DNA of 64,000 nucleotides from Octopus vulgaris (Eukaryota): contig OX597823.1 in the NCBI GenBank assembly GCA_951406725.2, forward strand, positions 34,224,001 through 34,288,000, written 5' to 3'. A model generated the notes under the pieces. It worked only from the letters and a program-made list of their open reading frames with translations, did no database searches and was not told the origin of the DNA. Each line of letters opens with the position of its first letter. Position 1 is the stretch's first letter. Both the position numbers and the translations under genes were made by a program. Shown piece after piece: positions 24,107-38,789 of the stretch.

Positions 24107-27100
24107 AACCCAATCAACTAGAAACACTCTCTCGTCGATCAGTGGGCACCTGTCCAAGACTTGATGACAAAATAAGAAGACACATATATATGTACACACA
24201 AACAAAACTAGCTTCTTTCAGTTTCTATCAAGCAAACCCGTTTGCAAGGCTTTGCTAATTCTTAAAACTTGGCAGAAACATGAATTGAGATTTGTTACTG
24301 AATCAGGATGAAAGCTACAAACAAAATGAATGTCTTTTCCCAAAGCTTTATCCATGTAAATGATTAGCCTCAAACTAGATGTGGATCATGTACTCAGCTC
24401 AGCTGGATGCTCAGAACGTATTCTGTAGAATAAAGGACACAAGTCTGATGATAATTACATCATTTTAATTAATGAGTTTGATGAACTGTGGACTGTGTGG
24501 CATCAAACCTGATTTTCTTATAACATGTGTTACTGACTCTAACAACAACAATAACAATTATAAATAATGAGTTGATTACTGAAAGATATAGTTAATCAAG
24601 TCAATACTCTACCTCAATTAATTTACTTCATTTGTAGGAAAGAAAAAGTTAACAGTGAAACTAGTTGACCTTAAAACCATAGAGTAGTGAACTGGATACA
24701 ATTAATCGCTTAACAAGCAATAATTGATTAACACTAATAATTCTCGCATAAATCAATCAAATCAGAGAAACACAGGTCAACATGAGAGTCTCTTATGGTC
24801 AGGTAATCTGCTCGAAAGAGCAGACAAACTTATTTCAAATTATACCTTACACTTTTCAAGAAAGATAATGTGGTCTAACTGAAAAAGACAACAACAACAA
24901 ATGAAAGGAATCTGGCTGTCATTTAGCCCAAGGTCAGCTTTGATTGAGCAAACCTATATAAAACTAAAGGTGTTCCAGCCACGATCATCCTGTCTTTTTC
25001 AGTCAGCATCTAGGACTACATTATCCGATGTGTCTACATTTACCCAAGACTCTAGAGTGTATCTGTCAATTAAGCTTATGTTTAGTTTAAACTTTCTTCA
25101 GCTGAAGAATTATAAAATAGCAATCATCTTAATCCCCATCGTTTTAATGTCCATGACTGCATAAGGTTTGTTGTTGCAGATATTCCACAGGTGGATGCCC
25201 TTCCTTATGCCAACTGTCACCTGTTTCCAAATAAGGTAATATTTCCTCTTGGCCAGACATGTTTTTGTGGAAAGTTGGAAATGAAGGACGTCATTTGTGT
25301 GATGGGGAGACTCATTTACAACTACTATGCAATGACAAGAAGATACAAACACTCACACATATATAACATACAATGGGATTCATACGGTTTCCATCTGTCA
25401 AACCTGCTCACAAGGCTTTGGTCAACCTGGAGCAATAGTAGAAAGCACGTACCCAAGGTGCCATGCAGTGGGACTAAACCTGAAACCATGTGGTCGGGAA
25501 GCAAGCTTCTCAATCACACAGCCATACATGTTTGTGCCCAACAATATTTTAAACAAACAGAAGTGGTTGTTTAGTTGTAAACAACAGAATGACCATCTTA
25601 AACTGGATTTGAATATATTTTCAGAAAGAGGAATCAGAGCAATTAGATGAGAATACACACCACTTTGCTAGACAGGATATGAATAATAATAATACAGGAC
25701 TTAAACAGTAGCATTAATTACAAGGGTTTGAACTTATTTTAAAGTTGGGAGTTACTAACTGCGCTTTAACCATCGCATATTAACATTAATACTAACTAAG
25801 CAAAGGTCAGTACTGCTACCAATGGCCAAGTAGCTGAAGTAATGGACAAAAGTAGATGTGAGTGTTTAACCCTTTTGATACCAACCTGCCTGAGACTGAC
25901 CCTCACTCTTGGTTCTATGAGATAAATTTCCTATTTTCAAGTAATCTAGATTAAAACCTCATTTTGCTGACTGTCCTCCCACTCCCTAACATTAGCGGGG
26001 TCACATTACTAACTCATCACTCCGAACATTATGAATCAAATTACAGGCTGCTAACATATATATGTCAGTAACATCATGACTTTACAACTGGCTCTTGTTA
26101 CACAGAGCTAAACTAATAAAGTTTAAATATTTCAATTCCTACAATTAAGGACACTGCTTAACACAGTTATTCTAATAAAATCACACATTTCTCATTAATA
26201 AAGTAACATAAGACATGCATGGTTGATTCAGCTCAGTTATCTAATATTTTTAAGAGGTCATGGGCCAACAGGTTTTTGGAATTTGACGATATGCCATGAG
26301 CCAACAGGTTTTGGGGATCTGACGATAAAGCTAAACCCTTTATGGATGAGAAACCTAAGGTAATCCCATAAACAGGCCTTCCCCAATTTTATTAGGCATA
26401 ACATTGCACACTCTTAGTTAACACATCTCTAATATACAACTGATTGGGTGTAACATTATAAACACATTTCCTGGTTAATACAGTAACATAATGCATTCAT
26501 ATTAACTCAACTCTGCTGCCAAAATAGACATTACATTATTCTGTTATTTTACAAAGAGGTCAATATTCTATCTCATCAATACTTTTGACACTACAACAAT
26601 TGTTAAGAATGTTCATTCAGGTACATACGGGTTTTAAACACACACAAAAATTCTACTGAAAGAGGACTGACCTAGGGCTTCATAGTAACAAAAACACATT
26701 GGATCAAGGCTATATAACAACATATACATACACAGCTCTGCTGGTTAAGGGCCAATCTGGGGCTATATACAACATTTATATAAATAGGTCTACCAAATAA
26801 GGGCTGACAAACAGTTACACCACAACATAAACACATATAAGTCTGCTTAAAGACATAAGTCTGCATAAAAACATATGTCTGCTGGTTAAGGGCTAACCTG
26901 GGGCTGTATAATAACATATACACAGTGGATCAAGACAATACAACAAACACACAGGTCAGCTAGTTAAGGGCTGACCTAGGGCCACATATAATATATCCAT
27001 ATATAAGTTTGCTCTATCAGGTCTGACATGGGGATATACAACAACAAAAACACACAACTTGCATATGACAAAGTCATTACATTCCTGGTTGTTCTTAGGG

Positions 27101-29495
27101 TTCATAAAAGTTTCAAGAACTGATTACTAACTTTGTATTTTAACATAATTGTAAAGACATTCTGTAAACCATTTTTAGATTAGGACACTGCTGGAAAACT
27201 TTGTCTTTGTATTGTCATTTAATGAAAGATGCATTGGGGTAAGTTTCTCACTGTCTTCTACAGACCCATCAAATGATTTTGAGTTCAGTACCACAAACTG
27301 ATGAGTTATCTTCCAGCTTAATAAGGTGAACCCTACGGTTACAGGATATCTATTTATATGTAAGGGGCTGAGAATTGTCAAGTATTTATTATCATGCTCA
27401 TCACCACTATCTGTCTTCTTTCTAGCTACTTGCATCCACTCCTTTACAATGCAGGGTAGCCATGTATCTCCTCTGTAGCAAGACACCTGAGTTTGTCCCT
27501 CTATCATACTTTAGTCTACACTTAACTGAGGAGGCTTTACACCTTTCCCTGTTCTGTCTTGCAACTTACTCAATGACCTCAGTAGTCAGAGGCACAAAAA
27601 AGAAAAAAAAACAGTACATACAATAAAGTGGCTGATATTAAGAAGGGCATCCAGCTGTAAAAACATGACAAAGTTGACAGTGGAGCTTGATGCAACCCTG
27701 CAGCTCACCAGATTTTATTAGACTGTCTGCCCATGCCAACATAGGAAACAAACAATGATGATGATAACTATTCAAACTGGGTCACTTGACCAGAATATTC
27801 TCACTCCAGGGAGTTGTGACTCTCATCTCAACAGACACAAAATAACTGACACCAGTAGAAATTATGAGCAGAATGAGAGCAAATCTGGGACCAACAATAG
27901 GAGATGATGAAACTGTGAAGATGTCCATAATTTAGCATGTAGTTAATTGAATTCTTTGTTTCAAACAACAGTGATGAATAATTGACAATTAAGGGCAGGT
28001 ATGGTTGTGTGGTTAAGAAGTTTGCTTCTCAGTTACATGGTCTTGGGTTCAAGCCTAATGTGTAGCACCTTGAACAAATGTCTTCTACCATAGCCCCAGG
28101 CCAACTAAGTTCATTGTGAGTGGATTTGGTAGAAGGAAACTGAAAGAAACCTGTCACATGCACGTGTGTATGTATGTTTGTATCTCCTTGCCTGGACATT
28201 ACATGATAGTTGTAAATGATTGCCCCATCAAACAAGCAATGTTGTTTGTTTCCAATCTTTCATTAAAAACACATCTGGCCAAGGAAAATATTACTTTGCT
28301 ACAAAACAGCTGAGGGTTAAAAACAGGATGGACATCAGGCTATAGATTATTTGCCTCAATAAATTCTGTCCAACCAATGCAATCATGGAAAAGTGGATGT
28401 TAAAACAATGATGATGATGAAGTACAATAAATGGTTAAATCCTTGACCATTGTTCATTATCAGAAATATCCAACTATTCTTTGAGGTGGCACGGTATTCA
28501 TACCTCCTCCAAGAGTCTTAGTTACAGAAATAAAATGAAAATAACTACAAGCAAGTAGGTCTGGATCATAAACTCAATTCACTGAACACATTTAACTGGA
28601 TGGATCTCATCAATCTCACAAATATGAGAGAAATAATTAGAGATCTACTGTTGCTTACATCATGATTGGCATCATTGTTGTCATTTTAGCAGCCACTTTC
28701 TGTGCTTGCTCGAGTCAGATGCAATTTGTCAATGCCAGATATTTTATGGTCGTCAATCCTCACCTGTTTCCAAGAAAAGTCATATTCCCCCCTGACCAGA
28801 CATGTTTTCACAAAAGAATGAAAATGGAAGACACTTGTATGACAGTGGTACAACTACTACATGATATTAAGACAAAGAGAAAGACAAATGCACACACACA
28901 TTATGAGCTTCCTTTATTTTCTGTATACAAAATCTACACGGCATTGGTCAGTCTGGAGTTGTAGTAGATGACACTTATTCAAGGTGCTGCCACAAAGTGA
29001 AACTGAACCCAGAACAATGTGGTTTTAAACCAGACAGCCATGTTTGCACCAAGTGTGTGTCTGTGTGTGTATAAGAGACAGATTTCATATATATATATAT
29101 ATTTATTCTTTGCTTTTATTTTTCTACTTGTTTCAGTCATTTGACTGCGGCCATGCTGGAGCACCACCTTTAGTTGAACAAATTGACCCCAGGACTTATT
29201 CTTTGTAAGCTTAGTACATATTCTATGAGCCGAGCCACTAAATTACAGGAATGTGAACACACCAACAGACACAAAATAATGGTGTGGGGAACAAACATAG
29301 ACACACAAGCATATACACACACACATGTATACAACGGGCTTCTTTCAGTTTCTGTCTACCAAATCCACTCACAAGGCTTTAGTTGGCCCAAGGTTATAGT
29401 ATAAGACACTTGCCCCAAGGTGCCATGCAGTGGGACTGAACCCAGAAACATGTGGTTAGTAAGCAAGCTACTTACCACACAGCCACTCCTGTGTC

Positions 29496-29530
<35 letters not shown>

Positions 29531-29532
<2 letters not shown>

Positions 29533-29915
29533 CAACCTTATAGCAGTTAGATACAGCCATAGCTTGGTCAGTCAGCGGTTGGACTTCACTACCTCATATG
29601 TTCTTAAAATTTAAATCTACATCTTTGTCTGTATATCTACCTTCTCTATAATGTTGCTACTTGATTTGAAAGCTTTTATATTAATGGAAAACCTCTATAA
29701 TTGGCTGATGAGTACTCAGCATATTAAATCTGTTGTAATACAACTTTTAATAAAATGATGTAGTGCGAAACAATTGTACCAAATTACTGGTGTCATTCTT
29801 GTTGCTTATTTTGATTATAATCACCCTGCAAATTTTTATGGATAACACCATACAAAATTCTGGTGCATCTAAATTAAGTACCATATTCATTCGAATCTAA
29901 ATTTTTGCTGAACTT
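29531..29915 (+). mobile_element. ~385-bp hammerhead-bearing element between two (TA)n tracts (Penelope-like pLTR/retrozyme-like)
   Basis: (TA)n flanks (29499-29530, 29916-29985); contains an intact hammerhead; shares sequence with the fragment at 5524-5569. Confidence 0.7.
29699..29785 (+). ncRNA. Type I hammerhead ribozyme, intact core, predicted cleavage after GUA (A29778)
   Basis: aattgg-CTGATGA-GTACT..long hairpin..AGTGC-GAAAC-AATT-GTA-ccaaatt: all core nucleotides present, G-C closing pair, palindromic stem III ACAATTGT, stem I ttgg/ccaa. Confidence 0.82.
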
Positions 29916-29941
29916 ATATATATATGTGTATATTTATGTAC

Positions 29942-29987
<46 letters not shown>

Positions 29988-31639
29988 TGTTGTGTCTGGG
30001 GAGAGTAATTTCTTTTTGTGCCTTATAATGTAACACACTCACCGGTAAAATTTCCACTTATTTCTTATTTTTATTTTCCTAAAATTTTCATTGTGTCTTG
30101 CAACCTTTTCAATAGTCTTGACTCTGTCCGTTATTTACACTGCGTTCCTTTTTGTTTGTTTGTTTGTGCGCATGTGTGTGGGTCAGTGTGTGTGTGTGTG
30201 TGCCTATGCATGCATGTATGTGTGTGTGTATGTATGCATGTGTATGTATGTATGTATATATATGTGTGTGTGCATCTGTATGTATGTATCCTGTATATTC
30301 ATGTGCTTGCATGTCCGTGTTTGTGTATTTTCTATGTATGTATGTGTGTGAGCGTGTGTTTGTATATGTATGCACCTCTGTCTCCTTGTGTGTGCATGTG
30401 TGTGTGTGTTATGCAACTATGTACAGACGAATAGGTACATAGGTTATAAGGTCAGACAAGCACACATAACCAAATAGAGACTGACACACATGATCATATA
30501 TACACACACACTTTACTCCACACAAGGACACATATGGAGACATGGATCCACACATACAAACATGGTACACAGTTGCATAACACACACGCGTGTGTATTGG
30601 AATGTTTTTATTTTGATCAGTAAAAACTCATGCATCCTTAGAAATCCCTTATTGCTGAGGAGTTCAGCTAACAACCTGACTCTTTAATTAAGTAAGTTTT
30701 TTAGTTGGTTGCAAAAAAGAGAAAAAAGGCTTTTTGGTCAGGTTAGCTTATTTACTCATTAATTCACTGATTCAAACTATTACGAAACACTGGATTATAT
30801 TCCTCTGACCACCTCCTCATATGTTCCCAGTAAGACTCCAACCACAGGTTTTCAATATCATATTAATTCTATTGAATACCAAGTTTATAATAACCATTGT
30901 TAAAGAACTTAAATTGAGTATATTATAATAAACTATGAACAAAATTACAAAAACACACAAATTATTTACTCAGAAAGAATCCTGATAAGATGAGGATGTT
31001 ATCAGGATAGGATGCTACAGCAATTATATGATGTTACTATAATTAGCAGCCAATTAGAGAGAAGTGCTGATGTTCACAATTTGAGCCAATGAGACAAACA
31101 GACAGATCTTTTAGAAAACAAGATAATTAAGAAACCGAAAGACTTAAGAGGCTGATATTTTTTCATCGGTCAAATGCCTCGCTCATAAGCTTCCTTCCAT
31201 TCCTAATATTGGTTATTTTCCCCTCCCTGTTATTTGTTTACATCTTCTAGAACCAATACATATGCAACTCAAAATCAACACATGTCTCCAAACAGCTCTA
31301 AACAGTATTCTTACATTCACTGCTTGTTGTAATGTCTCATAGCTAAGCCTGTATGCCATAGTTCCTCAATAAACAACACACACAAAATTCTTCTTTATCA
31401 AAACTTAACATTTAACAAGTTAAGTTAGGTATTAACTGCTATAAAAGTATTGACCAATATAATATTCAATAGCATCTTTAGACAACTGCCAAGCATTTAA
31501 CCAAACAACCAGGTTGCTTTCTTGACTGGGCAATGTACATTAACAATATAAAGAATATGCAAACAAAACACAGTATATACATACATAAGAGGCATGGTAC
31601 ACTAATAACTGGTAGCAGACAGACAATAAGCAGTAGACA

Positions 31640-31765
31640 TCAGCAACAGACTGTGCACTAGCAATGGGCAGTGGGCTCCAACAATGGGCAGTGGGCGCCA
31701 GCAACAGGCAGTGGGCACCAGCAATGGGCAGTGGGCACCAGCAACAGGTGGTGGGTGCTAGCAGC
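31640..31765. repeat. 20-bp minisatellite (gcaatgggcagtgggcacca)n, ~5-6 copies
   Basis: Visible tandem period. Confidence 0.85.
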
Positions 31766-34442
31766 AAGCTGTGGGACTAACAATAAGCAGCCCACAGTGA
31801 CACAAAGCAATGTGACAACTGAATCACAAGTGGACCATAGTTTATTCAATATTCTAAAGAATTGCAAGAATTTTTCCATTAAGGTACCATTATCTTTGAG
31901 AAAGCTAAGATATTTTTTACAATTTAGTTTCTGAATACAGAAACAAAAAAAGCTGAAAGAAATGAAACCCAATAAACTTCAGGTGGTGGAGGGGCTTTTT
32001 TTTAAGGGGTGGAGGTCTTGAGGATTTGGACTCATAAGGACTACAACCCCATTTTCATGGTGGATAGAGACAAAAGTCAGAAGATTCCCTGGAATGAGAT
32101 GGCAGCCTATTGTAGAGTTCAAGGCCAGCAATTTCTAGAGGAGGGACAAAGTGATTACATTGACCCAAATACTTCAACGGTACTTCATTTTATTGACACG
32201 AAAAGGAACAAAGTTGACCTCAACCAAATTTGAACTCAGAATGGAAAAAACCAGAAGAAAGACCAGAAAGCATTTTGTCAGAGATGCTAATGATTCTACT
32301 GGCTCATAGTCTACAGAACGGTAAACATTGGCACCGAAATAGAAACTGGTTCATAAGAATGATCAAGTAAAATGATGGCAGTTGTATTTAGGAAGGAGAG
32401 AAACAACTTCAGTTATTAGAGTCATAAAGTGGATTATGTCAGTGAGAAATCACCATGGTTACGCTGTTCTACCAGTAAATAGCTCTACTAACAACTAAAG
32501 TACAATCATTAGTTTTGGTGAGAATCAGCTTTGAATGGCCTCAATATTTACAGAATTGTACTTTAGATGGAAATGAAACTAGAAACTGAGGTAAGATGTT
32601 GGGCTGGAATTGAGTGCTGTTGGGTATGAGTTTTGGCATATAAGAATGTGTGTGTGTGTGTGTGCGAGTGTGTGTGAATGTGTGTGTGTGTGTTTGAATG
32701 CAATGTTAAGTGTAGAGTGTCAATGAGGTGCAGAGCATGATGTTGGTGTGGTGGACTGCTTTGGAGTGGAGTGCTGCATCAGTGTGCAATTTGGTGTGAA
32801 GTGTACTTTTGTTACAGAGAATGATGCTGAAGTGGACTGCAGTGTTGATGTTGAGTGTGGAATTGGTGCAGATTAGAGTATTAGTGTAGTGTTGGTGGTG
32901 GGGTATGGGTAATGGTTAACAGAATATATTTCTTTCTTTTTCTTCAGAAACTGAAAATGAATTGACTTGAAGAAGTTTATTATTCAAGCTAATAAAATGT
33001 CTGAAAATAGCAGACTGACAAACAAAAAATTGAGATAAAAGATTAATTTATTTGAGAGAAGAGAACGTGTTCTGCACGTGAGAGAATAGCGGAGAAAATC
33101 CTATCAGGAGAGAATTATTAGGGATTATTATGACCAAAGTGTTTGATTATATAAAAGAAACATCTGAGCAGCAGATAATCTCAACACAGCTTATAGCAAA
33201 CAATTACATGAATCTCACAGAAACAGATTATTCTAGTCCAGAGATTAACAGAGATTAATTCAATATGAAAGTGGAATTACCTCATGAGAATGTACAGAAC
33301 AAAAAAATCTTTTTTATTCTTATTTTTTGTTTTATTTATAAATGTTCTTATTTTTTGTTGACGGTGGGGAGAACTGTTTATAAATATTTATATAATTAGG
33401 GGAAATATTACTAGCTTTTAGCATTTTAGGACAGTAGGGTAAAGGTTAGCCAATACTATAAGAGCGTTAAAGGTCACATAAATACTGAGCTTCTGATAAT
33501 TATCAATACTGGCCTCACCACCACACACCAATGATTTCTTTCTTTCTAACATTTAGCTGCCAGTGTATTAATTTCTTTTGTGCAATAGTTGTACATGTGC
33601 ATACATGTAGAACTTAGAAAGAATGTCACCCATCCCTTCGTTCCTAGTCATACACATTGTATCTTAGATGATCATCTACTTTTCTTTCTCCATTTCTGTG
33701 TAAAGTAAACAATTTCTAATAAAGGCACATGACCACACCTTTCTAAGTCGGGGCGGCAGTAGAGTGGGGGGGGGGGTAGTTGATTCAATCAGCCGGACAA
33801 GCCAACAGGTATTTTATCTCATCACTCCAAGAATGATAAATAACAAAGTTGACTTTTGTGAGATTTGTGTTGAGAACCTAAAGAGTTGTAAATACAGCAA
33901 AGATGTGTGTGTGTGTTCTCAATGAACTTACAAGTGTGGGTTGGACAGGTCACGAACACTATAATTTACCATACATATAAATATATGCAGGCCTGGTTTA
34001 ATGATTTTTCTCCTCTCTGTTTATCTCTCTCAAAATAAAGTACATTTCACCATCAACTTACATCATTCTCTCATATATATATATAATTAGGGTTCAGCAA
34101 ATTGCTTCACCACATTCTGGTAAAATTATTAATTAATTAATTTTATCCTTTATTATTATTGAAAATATATGTGTATGTATGTATGTATATATGTATATAT
34201 ATATATCCAATATCTCCAACACATTTACTCTGTCTACATCAGCCTATATCTTTTGATACACATCTAACTTAAACCTGTTCTTATTAGTATTGCACATCCA
34301 ATGGACCATATTGAGCTTAGTTCTCTGCAAGTCATGTGCATGCACTGACCATTCACCACCCTAACCCATCATAAACTACATATCATAAAGGGTCCACAAG
34401 ACACAGCACATATTTCACAACCGCAAACCATACATAATGTTG

Positions 34443-34684
34443 TCCATGTTTCACTACCCTACCCCATCCCACATCTCGTACACACCACATGTACTCCTCT
34501 CCATGTTTCACTACCCTACCCCATCACACAACTCATACACACCACATGTAGTCTTCTCCATGTTTCACTACCCTACCCCATCACACATCTCGTACACACC
34601 ACATGTAGTCCTCTCCATGTTTCACTACCCTACCCCATCTCGTACACACCACATGTAGTCCTCTCCATGTTTCACTACCCTACC
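34443..34684. repeat. 57-bp minisatellite, ~4.4 copies
   Basis: tccatgtttcactaccctacccc.. starts at 34443, 34500, 34557, 34614, 34664 (7-bp deletion in the fourth unit). Confidence 0.92.
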
Positions 34685-36759
34685 TTAAGCACGATTAACT
34701 GCATCTCACAATAACTAAAATAACAAAAGTTATTATAATTGATACTTTTAAAATCATAAATGAAAACATTTAACAGCTCAGTTGGTTGGGCCAACAAATG
34801 ACCATGATGTTGTTGTTGCTGATGCTGGTGACAATGATGACAAATGTCTTAGAAAACAGAAACAGAAATGATTCAAAAAGACACCATTGGTAAAGTGCCA
34901 TGATAAACAAGAGATCTGACCGACGCGTCACTCAGTGGAAGTTAGTCAAGAGTAACATTATACCAAGTTAGTTTTGAACCTTAACCATTCCTTAATTAAT
35001 AACATAGCTACTGGGAAGGACATTAGAATAAATTATCAAAACAGGGACCAAATCTTGACCATAGTGGTTTTTGATATAATCTCCATGTAGTTCATACAAT
35101 TGTTATACTTGACCAAAACTAACCAATTGATCCACTGGCTCATTGTCCACCACAACAGAGCACTCTGCTATATCAATCTCAATTATCATAATTCTCAGAA
35201 TAAAATTGTACCGTGTGCAGCACACCACACATGATGAGGTCACTCAAACTGCTAGAAACAATAGCTACATCTCTCTCAAATCCTACTTGTCGGGTGGGGA
35301 AGTATACATTGAATTATATGAGTCTATATATACAAATGAATAACATGTGATGGTCATGGCTAGAATGTATTTGACCTGGAACTAAAGAACAACAACATTA
35401 TTCCACGCAGAGTTCAACCTGGTCAACTGATTTACTAGAAATAGTAGCCAAATCTGTCAAATTACACCCTACCATCCTAGATGCATAAAAAGTGGTCATG
35501 GTTGGAATGATACCAACAGCTGATGTGCATTAGTTATGTTAAGCTGAAACTCATTTAAATTTGACATCAATATAACAAAATGTTAAAAAAAAATACCGAC
35601 ACTGGACAAACTGGTGAACATGTAAGGCAGTCAGTCGGTGGGGCAATTATTGACTGTGAATGTAGTAGAACCTGTTTTAGATTAAAGCTATGCATCTTTA
35701 TATAACAATGCAAGGTCTACTAATAAATTTTCCCCACCACTACCTATACATCAACAGTAAACTTCCTTAGTAGATTTATATCATATTGAATATAAAATCT
35801 CATGGTTAAATCTTTTGATAGCAATCCATATGAGACCACCCTTGGTTTTGTGGTATAAATTTCCTGCTTCAAAGCGATCTAATTAAAAACCTTGCACCGA
35901 AATTTAATGTTAGTTCCAAAGACTAGGTTAATAATGCCAAAGTTTTGTTACCTGCTGCCTTCTTCATTTTTTAAAACAATTAATGAAAATATCCAAGGAT
36001 TAACCTATGATCAACCCTCACCCAGAAGACCTATAATTAAAAACACCTTAGCCACAGCCATTAACTCCTATATGAATTTTTCTAGGACTATATCCTGTAA
36101 TGTGTGCTTCCTTTTATAATATGCAAGGTTGTGATTCAAAGGAACATTGACTGCTATTTCTAACAGTCTATGTGACTACATAAAAGTAGTCTTGGTACAT
36201 TAATTATTTGTTGCTCCAGTTTCCCTCTCAATTGGCTGTGATGAGGAACATGTCCAGTCACACTTCATATTCTAATCCAACTTCATGCATGGCAATTATT
36301 ATTATTATTATTATCATTATTATTATTATTGTTATTATTATTATTTCTACATAGCATAGAAACCCATACCCAAGCACTGTCACCCTTTGCTCTAACAAGA
36401 CCTTGACACTAAAGCTGTAGCAGTAATTATCAAACACTGGTGCACTAGAGATTTTAGTACAAGTCCAGCAATTTTAGGGGAAGAGATAAATTAATTGCAT
36501 CAACCCCCAGTGCTCAGCTTGGTACTTATTTTAATGACCCCAAAAAGAAGAAAGGCAAAGTCAACCTGGGCAGTATTTGAACTCAGAACATCTAGAGCCA
36601 GAAGAAATGCTGCTGAGCACTTTGGCCAACATGTTAACGATTCAGCCAGCTTCCCACCTTCAAGCTTTTTAGACTGACAATGAAGGAGTGGAGGCCAGAG
36701 CTGGAGAATCTTGCAGGAATTGATTTCAACTCTTCTTATCAATTACTGCATTGTTTCTT

Positions 36760-37850
36760 TCCAGATAAACTGACATCTGACTGTTGAAAGAACACTTCAA
36801 AAGTAACAAGTAGCAACTTCTCTTGAAAATGGACAAAATGTGGCATCATGGTATTATCAAGTACCTACATAAAAGGGGGTTTAGCCCCCAAGGACATTCA
36901 TGCTGACATGGTTGCTACATTAGAGGACGGTGACCCAGTTTTATCAACAGTGCAAAAGTGAGCAGCTGAATGTTGGAAGGGAAGGGAGAGTCTTGAAGAT
37001 GATTCAAGGTCTGGATGTCCTGCAATTGCTACTCTTGAGGAAAACATTGATTGTGTTCACCACATGCTGATAGAGGACAGGCAATTGGCTATAAATCAAA
37101 TAATGTTATTAGCGTGTCCATGAGAAAGTTGAGAATCTTCTGCACAAGGAATATGGCACGAAGGTTTCTGCTTGGTAGATGCCACATCTTCTGACACCTA
37201 ATCAAAAGTGCACTAGGCTGATCACATCACGGGAAAGTCTAACATCGTTTCTGGCAGATCCAGCTGGTTTCCTTGAACATTTCCTAAGCCAGGATGAGCT
37301 TTCAGTTCATCACTTTGAGCTAGAGACAAAGGGACAATCCATGCCCGGGAAAAATTCCTCCTCACCTGCAGGGAAGGTGATGGCCTCAGTTTTTTGGGAT
37401 GTAAAAAGCATTGTGTTTATTAACCGTCTTCAAAAGGACCACACCATCAATAGGAGAGTACTATGCCACCTTGTTGAGGCAGTTACAAAAGACTATCATG
37501 ACTAAACATTCAGGAAAATTGATGCAAGGGGTCTTGATTTATCAGGACAATGCTCCAGCACACGAGTCATTGATTTCAATGGCTGCTGAGCATGACTGTG
37601 GCTTTGAACTGGTTGATCAATGTCTCTAGTCTCTTGAATCTGACTCCATCTGACTATCATCTGTTCCCCAACATGAAAAAATACTTGGCTGGGAACCAGT
37701 ATCGTGGTGATGTCATATCTGCTGTTGATGACATTTTTGACCAACAAGAAGAAAGCTTCTTCATGAATGAGATCCAAGCACTGCAACACTGGTGGAAGTA
37801 GTGCTATGCTGAAAAATGAACCTCATTTGGTTACATTCCAAGAGAGTATT
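36760..37850 (+). mobile_element. Degenerate mariner transposon (pseudogenised transposase, ATG ~36829)
   Basis: Frames give MDKMWHHGIIKYL.., GRESLEDDSRSG, (W)MPHLLT, DE..VHHFE.ETK.QS, AGKVMASVFWD, QDNAPAH, L.PSDYHLF; several stops and frameshifts. TIRs not confidently seen. Confidence 0.88.
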
Positions 37851-38484
37851 AATGTTTGAGTATGTTTTTAAAACCATATCACTCATAATTTTGCAATACA
37901 TAAATAGTAGATGCTGACATAACAGTTTTGTTAAGGAGCTTGCTTCCCAACCACATGGTTTTGGGTTAAATTCCACTGCATGGCCCCTTGGGGAATTACA
38001 GCCTTGTGAGTGGATTAGATAAACAGAAACTGAAATAACCCCACCATATATGCTTGTGTGTATGCGTGTCTTGTCTTGACATTGTGTGACAGTTGTAAAT
38101 AAATGTCACCATCAGACATTCATTTCTATTATTTCATGAAAACATGTCAGGCTAAGGAAAGATATTCCCTTGCTCAGCAACAGGTGATGGTTAGTGACAT
38201 AAAAGGCATCCAGCTGTAGAAAACTTGCCTCAACAAATTCTAACTCATGCAAGCATAGAAAAGTGAATGTTAAAACAACGATGAAGTATGATTAGTAAAA
38301 CAAGATAGTTTTTAAATTTAAAATGTTTTTGTTCAATTTTCCATATTAAGTCTACCAATAATTTTTTTAAAAATTTAATCTACAGTAAACAGTTAATATC
38401 TAGTGTGTCACCACAAAAGACAAAAAGACTAACAATTAATGTCTAAAAACTATCCACATATGACATCTGAAATTTGTATTCATT

Positions 38485-38697
38485 CTTTTGATACCAACCA
38501 ACCAACCTCCCTACCTAAAACAGTACCTGGTTCTACAAACATCCTGGTTTTAAAGTGATCTAAATTAAAACTTTCTATCAAAATGATGTATCTTTTAAAA
38601 ACCAGTTTAATAATGGTAAATTTAGTTTACTAAGTTCGTAATTATTTTCCAAATTAATTGAAACAAAACACAGAAATATGGTAACAAAAGGGTTAAA
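38485..38697. mobile_element. MITE with piggyBac-like TIR (..cttttgatacc / ggtaacaaaagggTTAA); relatives at ~25866 and ~35805
   Basis: Inverted termini; the same left end ttaacccttttgatacc occurs at 25866 with similar internal sequence. Confidence 0.55.
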
Positions 38698-38789
38698 TTA
38701 CAGACACTCAGAAAATTCTAGATTCAATTAAATTGGTAACAATAATGGATTAAGTCCTAAACCATTAACTCACAGAAGGCTGCAACTAG

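Noticed and set aside
34443-34460. 15-nt match (ccatgtttcactacc) between the 57-bp minisatellite and the RTE ORF
   Set aside because: Too short and not extended; origin cannot be supported.
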